Positions 37,140-50,300 of a stretch of DNA of 63,927 nt are shown in pieces (the first letter of the stretch is position 1; each line of letters begins with the position of its first letter). The notes beneath the pieces are model-generated. The model did no database searches and was not told where the DNA came from. It was given only the letters and a program-made list of their open reading frames with translations. A program made the position numbers and the translations under genes. Source of the DNA: Sphyrna mokarran (lineage: Eukaryota); the NCBI GenBank assembly GCA_024679065.1, contig JAGIQG010000043.1, positions 992,074 through 1,056,000 on the forward strand, read 5' to 3'.

Positions 37140-37259
37140 CTCTCTGCCGATTCCTGCAGCTCCATCTCCCAACCACACAGACCAATCCCAGAAGGAGCAG
37201 CGCCGCGGCCGACAACCCCCCTGAGAGTGAAACAATGCATAACGTCGTTACCGGAATAT
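37140..37259 (-). pseudogene. Orphan transmembrane exon of a second receptor gene ((D)IPVTTLCIVSLSGGLSAAALLLLGLVCVVGRWSCRNRQR)
   Basis: Strong acceptor ttattttgtttttctttctcag, 120 nt, phase 1-1, hydrophobic core then basic residues; donor G|GTAGCG is weak; no upstream exons found. Confidence 0.7.
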
Positions 37260-38012
37260 CTGAGAAAGAAAAACAAAATAATTTTCACCTCCAATTAGAA
37301 TTTTGGAAAACATAGATAACTGAACAATTTGATCAAAGCTGATCGTTGGTTTTGTCTTTCTGTGATGAAGCAAACAAGTTGCTGAACATTTTTTTTTCAA
37401 CAGGACACAGGGGAGAGAGAAAGTGAGAGATTGAATGCGACTGAGGGAGAGCAAAAATCGAAGGATCATCGTTCAGTGAGAGACAATTTGAAATACATTT
37501 GTAAGGAGTAATTACGAGAAAAAGGAGAGCGATAGAGCAGATACATTATAGAGAATTGTTTCACTTGGATATACATAACGGGACAGACAGAAGATACACG
37601 TTAAGGACAGATATATGAAAAGAGAGTAAGAATACATCGAGACAAATAGCTGTCTGTTTAAATGCAACACTGTTTAACTGGACGAATCAGGCCAGAGTGA
37701 GTATATTGCATACATCAATAGATAGAGACCGAGAGAAAAAATAATAGCTGGTGACAAAGAGATACGAGGGAATGAGGTTGACACATAACTGTCCTATGAC
37801 AACTAGGGATAGGCAATGAATGCTGGAGATACATCGAAGCCCATGTCCCAGGAATGAATAAAGAAGAAAAGGGGGGGCGGGAGTTGTAAGGAGGAAGAGT
37901 AAAAGGCGGGTGGATTGGAGAGAGACAGAGAATTTAATACTGGGCTAAACAGGGAGATTAGAGAAATGGTGAGAAAAGAGAAAAAAAGAGAGGGAATGAT
38001 ATGCAGGGAGTC

Positions 38013-41000
38013 AAAGAACGAAGACCAAAACAGCACAGGAAACAGGCACTTCGGCCCAACGAGCCCGCACTGCCACCCCGATGTTTCCATCTCTACCCGC
38101 GATCCCTGTCCATGTTTATAAATCTATGGATTAAAATCCAAATTTGAGACAATTTAGGGAGAAATTGTTTTGCCAATTAGCCTAAGAGTACATCTTTGGG
38201 ATGTGGGAGGAAACGGGAGCACCCGGAGAAAACCCACGCAAGCACGGGGAGAATGTGCAAACTCCCACAGACACAGGCCCAAATCCATGTATCTGCACAG
38301 CACAGCGATAGTCACTGAGCTGTCGTGTTGTCCATCAGATGGTCCAGGTCAAGCATACACTAACGACGTGAAGCAGTAGGATACTCTCGAAAAAGATCCA
38401 AGAGCAGTCTCTCACGACTCATCGCGTGTATGCCCCTCGTTAGACAACAAGGTGGACCAAAGCACCTGTAGGATAAAAACAAATACATCAATATCATCAT
38501 CTATTTACACACTTCCCAGGGACTCCCAAGGCTCACGATTCCTATTTTAAATCAGTTTTCTATACCCCTACATTCCCATTCTGTTCATGTGCCCATCTAA
38601 GTACTTCTTAAATAACTCCAGAGTACCTGCCTCCACCACTTCACTTGGCAGCGCATTCCATACCCTACCACCTTCTGAGTGAAAAATGTCCCTCTAGCAT
38701 CCAAATTATACCTTAAACCCCTCATCCTAAGCCCGTGACCCCTCGTGCTATTTGAGTGCATCCTAGGAAAAAGCTTAACCCTGTTTACTCTATCAATCCC
38801 CTTCAAAATCTTGTACACCTCTATCAGATCTCCTCTAAGTCTACGCCTTTCTAAGGAAAACAGTCTCAATTTGCCTAATCTCTCCTCATAATTCAGACCT
38901 TCCATACCAGGCAGCATCCTGGTCAACCTCCTCTGCACTGTCTCCAGAGTCTTCACGTCCTTCCGGTAGTAAGGCGACCATATCTCCCGGGTTTCCCGGG
39001 TTTCGGCAGGATTACCTTGCATATGAAATATAGGGCTAATGGAAGGACCCTTAATAGTGTTGTCGAGCAGAGGGATCTTGGGGTACAATTACATAGCTCT
39101 TTGAAAGTTGACACCCAGGTTGATAAAGTTGTTAAGAAGGCGTACGGTGTGTTAGCTTTTATTGGTAGAGGGATTGAATTTAGGAGCCGTGAGGTTATGT
39201 TACAACTGTACAAAACTCTGGTGCGGCCGCACTTGGAGTATTGCGTACAGTTCTGGTCGCCGCATTATAAGAAAGATGTGGAAGCATTGGAAAGGGTGCA
39301 GAGGAGGTTTGCCAGGATGTTGCCTGGTATGATGGGAAGGCCTTATGAGGAAAGGCTGAGGGACCTGAGGTTATTTTCATTAGAGAGAAGAAGGTTACGT
39401 GGTGACCTAATTGAGGCGTATAAGATGATCAAGGGATTGGATAGGGTGGATAGTGAGAGCCTTTTTTCCTCGGATGGTGATGACCAACACGAGGGGACAT
39501 AACTTTAAATTAAGAGGTGGTAGTTATAGGACGGATGTCAGAGGCAGGTTCTTTACACAGAGGGTGGTGAGGGCGTGGAATGCCCTGCCTGCAGCAGTTG
39601 TGGACTCGCCTACTTTGGGGGCATTCAAATGTTCGGTGGCTAGGCATATGGATGATATTGGAATAGTTTAGGTTAGAGGGTCCACTGGCCGGCGCAACAT
39701 CGAGGGCCGAAGGGCCTGTACTGCGCTGTAATGTTCTATGTTCTATATCTGGACGCAGTATTCCAAATGAGGTTTAACCAGCGTTTTATACAACTGAAAC
39801 ATTAAAGGCCAGCTCTTGTACTCTATACGCCTTCCTATAAACGCTAACATACTATATGCTTTCTTCACAACCTTCTCCACTTGCTCTGCCACCTTCAGAG
39901 ACTTGTTCACCTGCACTCCCAGGTCCCTCTGCGCTTCTATACTCTTAACAGGTCTACCCTTTTTCATAAACCTCCCCCCCTACATTCTTTCTCCCGAAAT
40001 GCATCACCTCACATTTATCAGGATTGAATTCCATCCGCCATCTGTCTGCCCAAGCTACCAGCATATCTATGTCCTGCTGTATCGCCTGACAATGCTCCTC
40101 ACTACCCGCAAGTCTAGTCATCTTTGTATCGTCTGCAAACTTGATGATCACTCCACTTACTCCCTCTTCCAAGTCATTTATATATATTACAAATAGAAGA
40201 GGTCCCAGTACCGAGCCCTGCGGCACACCACTAGTGACCAACCTCCAGCTAGAGAAACACCCTTCCACTATTACTCTCTGTCTCCTATTACCAAGCCAGT
40301 TACTTATCCATCTAGCTCCCTGTCCTTGTATCCCATTTGCCTTGACTTTCTCGACTAAGCTCCCATGAGGGACTTTGTCAAACGCCTTACTAAAATCCAA
40401 ATAGACAACATCAACAGCTCGCCCTTCGTCCACTGATTTCGTCACCTCCTCAAAAAATTCTATCAGATTTGTAAGGCACGGCCTCCCCTTAACAAATCCA
40501 TGCTGCGTATCCCTAATCAGATCGCAACGCTCGGGGTGTCTATACATCCTACCTCTAAGAATCCCCTCCAACAGCTTCCCTACCACTGATGTCAAACTCA
40601 CCAGCCTATAATTTCCAGGGTTATCCTTACTACCCTTTTTAAACAATGGTTCCACATTAGCTATTCTCCAGTCCACTGGGACCTCACCTGTCTCCAAGGA
40701 AGAGACAAAGATTTGAGTAAGAGGACCAGCAATTTCACCTCGCACCTCCCTAAGCAGTCTAGGATAAATGATATCAGGCCCAGGAGATTTATCAGTTTTA
40801 ATGCTACCTAGAAGCTCTAACACTTCCTCCCTCGGTATGGATATTTCCCTTAACTGGTCCACAGCTCCCTCAGAGATAGGAGCTGTCAACAAGCCCCTCT
40901 CCTTCGTGAATACCGACGCAAAGTATTCATCCAGAATCTCCGCCATTCCCTCGGGCTCTAATCTCAGTTCCCCTCTGTGCCTAAGAGGTCCGATTTTTCC

Positions 41001-43400
41001 TCTAACCACCCTTTTATTCCTGACATAGGAATAAAAAGCCTTTGGGTTTTCCTTAATCCTAACAGCCAAAATCATTTCATGCCCCCTTTTTGCCCTTCTA
41101 ACTCCTTGTTTGAGCTCCCTCCTACTCTCTCTATATTCTTTCAATACTGTCTCAGTTCTCAGCTGCTTCGACCTATCATACGCTTCACTTTTCTTCCTAA
41201 CCAAGTCCTCAATATCCCTAGTAATCCACGGCTCTCTAATACTACCTTTCCCATCTTTCCTCTTGGCCGGCACATACTTATCTTGCAACATTTTCAGTAT
41301 TCCCTTGAAAGAGTCCCACATGCCTAGTGTGGACTTACCCTCAAACAACCGTTCCCATTCAGTTTCCCTAAGTTCCTGCCTAATCCGACCGTAGTTAGCC
41401 TTCCCCCAATTCAGCACCCTCCCCCTGGGGCAACAAGCATCCTTTTCCATCTGAATTCTAAAGTAGACAGAATTGTGGTCACTGTTACCCACATGTTCCC
41501 CTACTACAACATCAACCACCTGCCCTGGATCATTACTCAGAACTAAATCCAAGAGAGCTCCTTCTCTAGTCGGGCTAGCCACATACTGTTCCAACGCTCC
41601 TTCCAGGACACATTTTACAAATTCCTGCACATCCAAACCCCCAGCTCTAAGTACTTTCCAATCCACCCTAGGGAGATTAAAATCTCCCACTGTAACTACT
41701 CTGTTCTTTCTGCACCTATCCAAAATGTCTCTACATATGCCTTCTTCATTCCCCCGTGGGCTGTTGGGTGGCCTATAATACACCTCTAGCATAGTAATTG
41801 TCCCCTTTCTATTTCTCAACTCCATCCACAGCGACTCCACTCCTAACTCCTCTGTATTGTCCTCCCTCTGCACTGCTGTGATGCTCTCCTTAACTAACAA
41901 CGCCACTCGCCCACCTATTCTGGACCCTCCTCTGTCACGCCTGAAACATTTATACCCAGGAATGTTCAGTTGCCACTGCTCCCCTTCCTTTAACCACGTC
42001 TCTGTCACTGCAACCACATCCAAGCTCCTCGCAAACATTAAGGCCCTAAGTTCATCCGTTTTTCCCGTTACGCTCCTCACATTGAAGCAGACACAATCCA
42101 GACCTCCAAGACCACTCGGAACCTCCTTCTCCCCGGTGCACCTCTTCTCATCCAAGCTTACTCAATCTCCCATCTCGCTCTCTACCGAGATATCGGTGTC
42201 GTCCCCTCCCCCCCTCCATATTAGTTTAAATCCTGCCGAAACACAGCTAACCTCCCAGCTAAGATATTCACACCCTTCCCATTCAAGTGTTCCCCATCCC
42301 TTCCATACAGGTGCCCTTCTTTCACAAAGAATTCCCAGTTATCCACAAATACGAAACTCTCTGCCCTACTCCAGTCCTTCAGCCACGCATTCAGCTGTAG
42401 GATCTCATTTCTCCTGGCTGCACTATTACCGGCGCCTGGAAGCAGTCCTGAGATCTTCGAGGCCCTGCTCTTCAACCTATCTCCCAACTACCTGAACTGC
42501 CTTCTTATATCCTCCATGCTCTTTCTTCCGACATCCTTCTCTCCTACGTGAATAATCACATCCGCCTGGGTCCCCTCACCCTTCAAAATGCCCTCTACCC
42601 TGTCTGACACATCTTGCACCCCTGCTCCAGTGAAGCAAACTACCATCCTGGAGTCCCGCCTTGAACCACAGAAGCGTCTATCTATTCCTGTAACCCTCCC
42701 ATCCCCCACCATTACCTCCCTTTTAGCCCCTTTCCTCCCCTTTGAGGTACTCTGGTCCTCGTGCCTTGCCTTTTTTAACCCTCCGCCCTCGACATTTGGG
42801 GGGCTGCCACTGGGGAAGTCTTTGGACTGTGTCCCCTCTCCTTTTAGCCCTTCCTGACAGTAATCCACCTGGAAGGGTCAGGTTCCCCGCCCCCATCTCT
42901 TAGGCTCCGGATCTGCCACCCTACTCTGCCTCCCTTCCATGATTGCTTCGTTCTCCCTGACTAAAAATGCATCTTCCAACTGGCGCTCCAGTTGCTTGAC
43001 CCGAACCCTTTAGACGCTGCAGCTCCAAACACTTGACACATACGTGGACTTTCGGGAGAAGTCTCGCTTCCAGGAACTCCCACATGTGACACCGTACAAC
43101 AGGTGAGGCGTCTTCCCTGCCGTTGTCTTGGACACCTGTGGAGGTGTGAATTCCAGTGGAAACCCAGTAGCACACTGTGCCTAAGCCTGCTCTCGCCTAA
43201 GCCCTTATATCTCACCCTGCTGCCCTATTCACTCCGCTACCCGCTCCCGACGCTGCCCGCTGTCTACTGCCACTTCCTTTTTATACTCCCGGTGCCCTTC
43301 CCAACTAGCCCCAGGACTAACTACAGCAGCAAAAAGCACTCAAAAAGAGAGAGGAAAAAAAAACAAATTGAAAAAAAATCACACTCAGCCACCAACATTT
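38013..43400 (-). mobile_element. Near full-length CR1 of the long-UTR family (disrupted ORF1 ~42221-43175; ORF2 endonuclease-RT from ~42155)
   Basis: ORF1 Cys-rich N-terminus and SGNH-esterase-like motifs; 733-aa ORF with AVTETW, YYRPP, VGDFN, LDLVL, QGSVLGP, KFADD; SINE-containing 3' UTR at 38013-38575. Confidence 0.93.
38986..39744 (+). mobile_element. CR1 3' fragment nested in the element above
   Basis: ATATCT duplication at 38980-38985 and 39745-39750; host ORF2 continues across it (..YCVQI / WSPYY..). Confidence 0.92.
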
Positions 43401-43519
43401 CCTAGCCATATGCCCCGAACGAATAACAGATTATTATACATAAAACAACATGACACCGAATAACAGAGGGCGAGAGAGGATGAATAACGCTAAGTTAAAA
43501 CAAGCGGACAGATAATCAG

Positions 43520-46365
43520 ATGAACCTTATCAAACGCTTTGCTAAAATCCATATACACTACATCAACTGCCTTACCCTTATCTACCTCTTTGGTCACCTC
43601 CTCAAAAAACTCAATAAGGTTTGTGAGGCACGACCTACCCTTCACAAAACCGTGCTGACTATCCCTAATCAATTTATTTCTCTCTAGATGCTTATAAATC
43701 CTATCCCTTATAATTCTTTCCAAGACTTTGCCCACAACAGAAGTCAGGCTCACCGGTCTATAATTTCCAGGATGGTCCCTACTCCCCTTTTTGAACAAAG
43801 GGACAACATTTGCCATCCTCCAGTCTTCTGGCACTATACCTGTAGCCAACGACGACATGAAGATCAAAGCCAAAGGCTCTGCAATCTCCTCTCTAGCCTC
43901 CCAGAGAATCCTAGGGTAAATCCCATCTGGCCCAGGAGACTTATCAATTTTCATACCCTCAAGATTCGCTACCACCTCCCCCTTATGAACCTCAATCCTG
44001 CCCAGTCTACAACCTGGTATCGCAGTATTCTCCCCGACAACACTGTCTTTCTCCTGCGTGAATACTGACAAAAAATACTCATTCAGTGTCTCTCCTATCT
44101 CCTCAGGCTCCACGCACAACTTCCCACTGCTACCTCTGACTGGCCCTAATCTTGCCCTAACCAATCTTTTATTATTTATATACCTGTAAAAAGCTTCAGG
44201 ATTCTCCTTAATCCTATCCGCCAAACTCTTCTCATGTCCTCTTCCAGCTCTTCTCAACTCTCTCTTTAGCTCCTTCCTGGATAATTTATTGCTCTCCAGC
44301 GCCCTAACTCAGTCTTCACGTCTCATCATTATATAAGCCTCTTTCTTCCTCTTCACCAGAGATTCAACTTCCCTAGTACATCATGGTTCCCTCACTCGAC
44401 CACTTCCTCCCTGCCTGGCAGGTACATACTTATTAAGGACATGCAGATGCTGTTCCTTCAATATGCTCCACATTTCAGATGTCCCCAGCCCCTGCAATTC
44501 CCTGCTCCACCCTATGCATTCTAAATCTCTCCTAATAGCCTCATAATTACCTTTCCCCCAGCTACAACTACTGCTATTCGGTATGTGCCCATCCCTTTCC
44601 ATCACTAAGTTAAACGTAACCGAATTGTGGTCACTGTCACCGAAGTGCTCACCCACCTCCAAGTCTAACACCTGGTCTGGTTCTTACCTAGTACCAAATA
44701 CAATATAGCATCACCTCTTGTTGGTCTATCTACATACTGAGTCATGAAAACTTCCTGCACACATTGAACAAAAACTGACCCCTCTAACGTCCTTGAACTA
44801 TAGCTTTTCCAATCGATATTAGAAAAGTTAAAGTCCCCCATTACAACTACCCTGTTACTTTCACACCTATCCAGGATCAACTTTGCAATCCCTTCCTTTA
44901 CTTCTCTGGAACTTTTTGGAGGCCTATAAAAAACTCCCAACAGCGTGACCTCTCCTTTCTTCTTTCTAATCTCAGCCCACACTACCTCAGCAGACAAGTC
45001 CACATCAAACGTCTTTTCTGCCACCGTAATGCTGCCCTTAACTAACAATGCCACTCCACACCCTCTTCTACCACCACCTCTGCTCTGACTGAAACATCTT
45101 AAACCCGGAACCTGCAACAACCATTCCTGCCCCTGTTCTATCCACGTCTCTGAAATGGTCACAACATCGAAGTCCCAAGCACCAATCCAGGATGCAAGTT
45201 CATCCACCTTATTGCGTATGCTCCTCGCATTAAAGTATACACACTTCAAACCACCCTCCCGTTTGCCACTATACTGCTGCGACCTAGAAACCTTATCCGT
45301 GACCTCCCTATTCACATCCTCCTGTATACTAGCACAACAATTCATGTTCCCAACTCCCCCCTAATCAGTTTAAACCCCCCCGAATAGCACTGGCAAATTT
45401 TACCCCCCAAGACATCGGTACCTCTCTGGTTCAGGTGCAGACCATCCCTCTTGTAGAGGTCCCACCTTCCCCAGAATGAGCCCCAATTGTCCAAATACCT
45501 GAACCCTTCCCTCCTGCACCATCCCTTTAGCCACGAGTTCAAATGTTCCCTCTCCCTATTCTTTTCTATGCTATCCCGCGGCACAGGTAACAAACCAGAG
45601 ATAACCAGTCCGTTTGTTTTAGCTCTAAGATTCCACCCTAACTCTCTGAATTTCTGCTTTATATCCCCATCCCTTTTCCTACCTACGTCATGGGTACCTA
45701 CATGCGCCACAACTTGGGGCTGGTTCCCCTCCCCCTTAAGGACCCCAAACACTCGGTCAGAGATAGCACTGACCCCAGCGCCCGGGAGGCAACATACCAA
45801 CCGCGAGTTCCGCTCCTTCCCACGGACTCTTTTATCTATCCCCTTAACTAGGGAGTCCCCAATCACTAATCCAGATCTTTTCTTCCCCCTTCCCACCTGA
45901 ACATCAAGGACAGGCTCAACTCCTGAGACCTGTACTCCATGGCTTACCCCGGTTGTATCTTCATCCCCAACAGCATCCAAAGCAGAGTACTTATTATGTA
46001 GAGGAACAGCCTCAGGGGAACTCTGCACTGACTGCCTCTTACCCCTTTTAAAAGTCAACCATGTATCACATTTAGCAGTAACTATCTCCATGTAGCTTTT
46101 ATCAATAGCCATCTCTGCTTCCCTAATATTCCTTAGTTCCTCCAGTTCCAGCTCCAGGTCCCTAACACGGTCCTCAAGGAGGTGGAACTGGATGCTCCTC
46201 TGGCAGGTGTAATCAGCAGGGACACTACCAGTGTCCCTCACCTCAAACATCCCACAGGAGGTACATCACACTGCCTGCACTGCCATCCCTATTACTTCCT
46301 TTACACAGAAACAAATATAAACTTAAACTTACCTGCTCACACTCCTAGTCGCTCTCCTTTTTTTG
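43520..46365 (-). mobile_element. CR1 with 5' end and nearly intact ORF1 (45342-46286) but ORF2 broken off mid-RT
   Basis: ORF1 motifs VIGDSLV, CLPGA, HVGTHD, DGLHLN; ORF2 stops after MDFSKAFDKV with no 3' tail. Confidence 0.92.
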
Positions 46366-46367
46366 CT

Positions 46368-47356
46368 GGAGGCAGGCACTCCGGAGTTATTTAAGAAATA
46401 CTTAGATGGGCACATGAACAGAATGGGAATGGATGGGTATAGAAAACTGATTTAAAATTGGGATCATGTTCCTTTGAAGTTACTGGGAAGTGTGTAAATA
46501 GATGATTAGATTGATGTACTTGTTTTTATCCTACAGATGTTTGGTCCACTTTGTTGTCTAACAAGGGGCACATACGCGATGGGTCGTGAGAGGGGTGCTC
46601 TTGGATTTTTTCCAGAGTATCCTTATTGAAACATATAAGATGGTTAAAGGTTTAGATAGGGTGGACAGTGAGAGCTGTTTTTCTTTGGATGGAGAAAGCG
46701 AGCACGAGGGGACATAGCTTTAAATTAAGGGGTGGTAGTTATAGGACGGATGTCAGAGGTAGGTTCTTTACCCAGAGGGTGGTAAGGGTATGGAATGCCC
46801 GGCCTTCTGCAGTTGTAGATGCGCCAAGTTTGGTGGCGTTTAAGAGGTTAGTAGATAAGTTTATGGACGAAAAGGGAATGGTTTAGGTTAGAGGGTCACT
46901 GCTTTTTCCTGATTGGTCGGCGCAACATCGAAGGCCGAAGGGCCTGTTCTGCGCTGTAATGTTCTATGTTCAAAGTTCTATCCTAGTGCTTCACGTTGTT
47001 AGTGTACGCTTGACCTGGACCATTTGATGGACAACACGACAGCTCAGTTACTATCGCTTTGTTGTGCAGATACCTGAATTTGTGCCTGTGACTGTGGGAG
47101 ATCGCGCATTCTCCCCGTGCTTGCGTGGGTTTTCTCCGGGTGCTCCGGTTCCCTCCCACATGTGAAGATGTGCTCTTAGGCTAATTGGGAAAACAAATTC
47201 TCCCTAAATTGTCTCAAATTTTGTTTTTAATCCATGGATCTATAAACATGGACAGGGTTCACGGGTAGACGTGGGAATATCGGGGTGGCGGCACGGGCTT
47301 GTTGGGCCGAAGGGCCTGTTTCCGTGCTCTTTTGTTATTTGTTCTTTGTTCTTTGT
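46368..47356 (+). mobile_element. Long-UTR CR1 3' end (paralog of 11445-12073) with a nested CR1 fragment at 46624-46978
   Basis: TATCCT duplication at 46618-46623 and 46979-46984; the insert is absent in copy A. Confidence 0.88.
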
Positions 47357-50300
47357 TAATGGGCCAGGGCACCTATCTAGCATGTCTATCGGACTGGAGA
47401 ATGAAACTAGCCCCACCGGAGGAATCCCACACAGACACGGAGAAACAGTGCAAACTCCACACACACAGTGACCTGAGGATGGAAACAATCCCAGGTCCCT
47501 GAAATTGTGAGGCATAAGTGATAAGCGCCACAAGACACTCAGCCTGGGGCCGTGGCTGGGAGGGCAAATGCATATTGTCGTGCTTTCAAATCAACTGAGC
47601 TCCTTCTATTTCTTCCAAACAGATAGCAATCATCCTGATTTGTCACCGTGCGGTTTTGTAGGCATTACACAGTGCGATCCCAGTGAGGCGCTGGTGAAGG
47701 GATTAATCCCAACATTAATGAACTACATTAACCTGAATGTGGAGAGCCTGGTAGGAAGGATTACTGACAAAATGGTTTCGGATATGCGCAGTGAGTGTTC
47801 AGCTTCAGTGAGGGCCTGAACTACAGACATGATGAGGCGGGAGAGGCAGCCGCAGAGAGCGTGGCTCGGCAGCAAAGAGGCTCATTGCCTGTGACTGCAT
47901 CTGTTTGCTGTTTCAGAACACCCGTACTCACAGCCCGTTCAGTGCTGTGCAAATCGCACTGAGGGGAGGAGATCGCTAACCAACATTTCGACCACTTCAC
48001 CACCTGATACTTGAGATGGAAAATACCACTCGAGCAGAAGCTGTCAGTTTACTTCTGCTTTAATAATTGTGGTGTTTTTTTTTTGCGCAGAACTGCCTGC
48101 AGTGGTCAAACGCTGGGACGAAGTGTGAGAATACAAATTGATGAGTGCGTCCAATCTGGGGTGTATTAGATTAAACAGAGAACAGGCTAGTATACAATAT
48201 GAGGGAGAAAAATCGCACGGAAAGAGTACCAACTCGCCTGTGCCAATTATGTTTCTAAAACGGAAGTAATCCCATTTGCCTGCATTTGGCCAATATTCCT
48301 ATATACGGACCACACTCTTGTGTGAAAATGTTTCTTCTCAAAACCCTTTTAATCGCTCCCCTCTCCTATCGTGGATAATCGACACCCGGAATAAAACGGC
48401 GCAGATATGGGGAGAACGTGCAGACGCCAGTACAGGCAGTGACCCAAGCCAGGAGTCGAAGCGGATCTTGGAACTGTGAGACAGCAATGCTAACCATACT
48501 AATGCAGTAAATATAGGGTTCAGCCGGGAGGGGAATTGGACATTGTCGAATTACCATGCCCCCACTGCTCCTTCCACCAATTTCCAGCAAAAAAACAATC
48601 TTCCTGAATTGTTACAGTGCGTTTGTGTAGATATTACACCGTGCGAACCCAGTGAACTGCTGGTCAAGTGATTGGTTCCCTCTATTAATGAGTGTCATTA
48701 ATATGAATGCCAAGAGCTTGGTGGAAAGGATTACTGATAAAATGAGTTCTGAAATGAGCAGAGAGTGTTGGGCCTTACTGAGAAATGCTTGATTTTGAAC
48801 GATGAAGAAGGGAGTCAGTAGAAGCCGTAGCTGAGAACTAGCTTTGGCAGCAAAGAGGCGCATTTCCTGAGAGCGCGGCTGATTGCTGCGAGTCTCAAAA
48901 TATTCTTACCCACCGCCTAATTGGGGGTCTGCAACATGAACTGAGATGCGGAGATGGTTGGCCAAAATTCTGATCATTTCATTACCTGATGTTTGAGATG
49001 GAAAAAAAAAATGATGTTCTTGCCAGAAGCTGTCAATGCCTTTCCTGTTTTTTTTTACAGCTGAGGCGCTTCATGCACAAAACTGCATAAGTTGGTCAAA
49101 CACTGAAACTAAGTGTTAAACTGCAGATTGATGAATGTTATCCTCCGAGGGTGGATTTGGAGTAAACAGAGAACAGGCTCGTGTACAATTAGAGAGAGAA
49201 ATGCAACATGGGAACAGGTTCTTGGGCATCACTCGTTCTTGTTGACCAGTTTTCCTAACCTGAACTAATTCCGTTTTCCTGCACTTGACCATATCCCTCT
49301 CGACCTTATCCATTCATGCACTTGTACAAATGTTTTTTTTTAACGTGTTATACCTGCAACTAACATCCCCTTTGAAAGATTATTCCATATGCGCACCGCG
49401 CTCTGTATGAAGCACTTTACCCCCACATCCCTTGATATGTTCCCTCTCAACTTCGAGCTGTGCTCCTTAGTTTTGCTTCCCGACTCCTTTTGATGAAGCT
49501 GCTTGTGAACTCACTGGGAATATACAAAGCCCACCTGCAGGGGCAAGTATCAGTAACAACCACATGTTGACTTCTGTGCAGAAGACTTTATTTCAAATTT
49601 GGACTAACTGTCTTCATTTGCGCCCCTCGATCGTACAAAGAGGAAATTTCAACACTGGAATTAGCTCAGTTTCGCAGGAGGATAGCAGGGCGGAACTATC
49701 ATTAGTAACAGGACAGACAAAAAAAATACAGACTGGGTCTCTTATTCAAAAAGAGAATGCTGATGGGTAACAGAATAGATTTCCTGAAAATTGAACCAGT
49801 AGCACCTATTCAGTAGCAGTTTCCGGCGATGGCCTCGTGGTATTATCGCTAGACTATTAATCCAGAAACACAGTTAATGCTCTGAGGATACGTTTAGAAT
49901 TCTGTCACGAGTGCTGAATTAAATTTGATTTCGATATAACAATTTGGAAAATCTGGAATTAAAGATATACTGATGAGCATGAAAGCATTGTTGACTCTCA
50001 GAAACGAACCAACCTAGTTCACTCAATGTCTTTTCGGGACGGAAATCTGCCACCCTCACTCGGTCTGGCCTACATGCGATTTTACAGCCACAGTAATTTG
50101 GTTTTACAGTCTCAATGAATCTGAAATGCCCCCCACGTGCAAAAAGTAAATGTTAGCCAGCCACCACGCCCGTGTCCTACGAATGATTAAAAACTTAGAT
50201 ATTTAAACTTAGAAACGTTCACCCGAATCTTCAGTCTACATCCAATAGTACACTCTGCACTACACTGGAAAAAGTTAATTATTGCACTCTACTAAGTTGT

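Noticed and set aside
39954-42155. 733-aa ORF as a host gene or an active element
   Set aside because: It is CR1 ORF2 with a downstream frameshift, a nested insertion and a disrupted ORF1
40141-42857. Long plus-strand ORFs antisense to CR1, and similar short ORFs over SINEs across the window
   Set aside because: Shadow frames of repeats with no independent protein features
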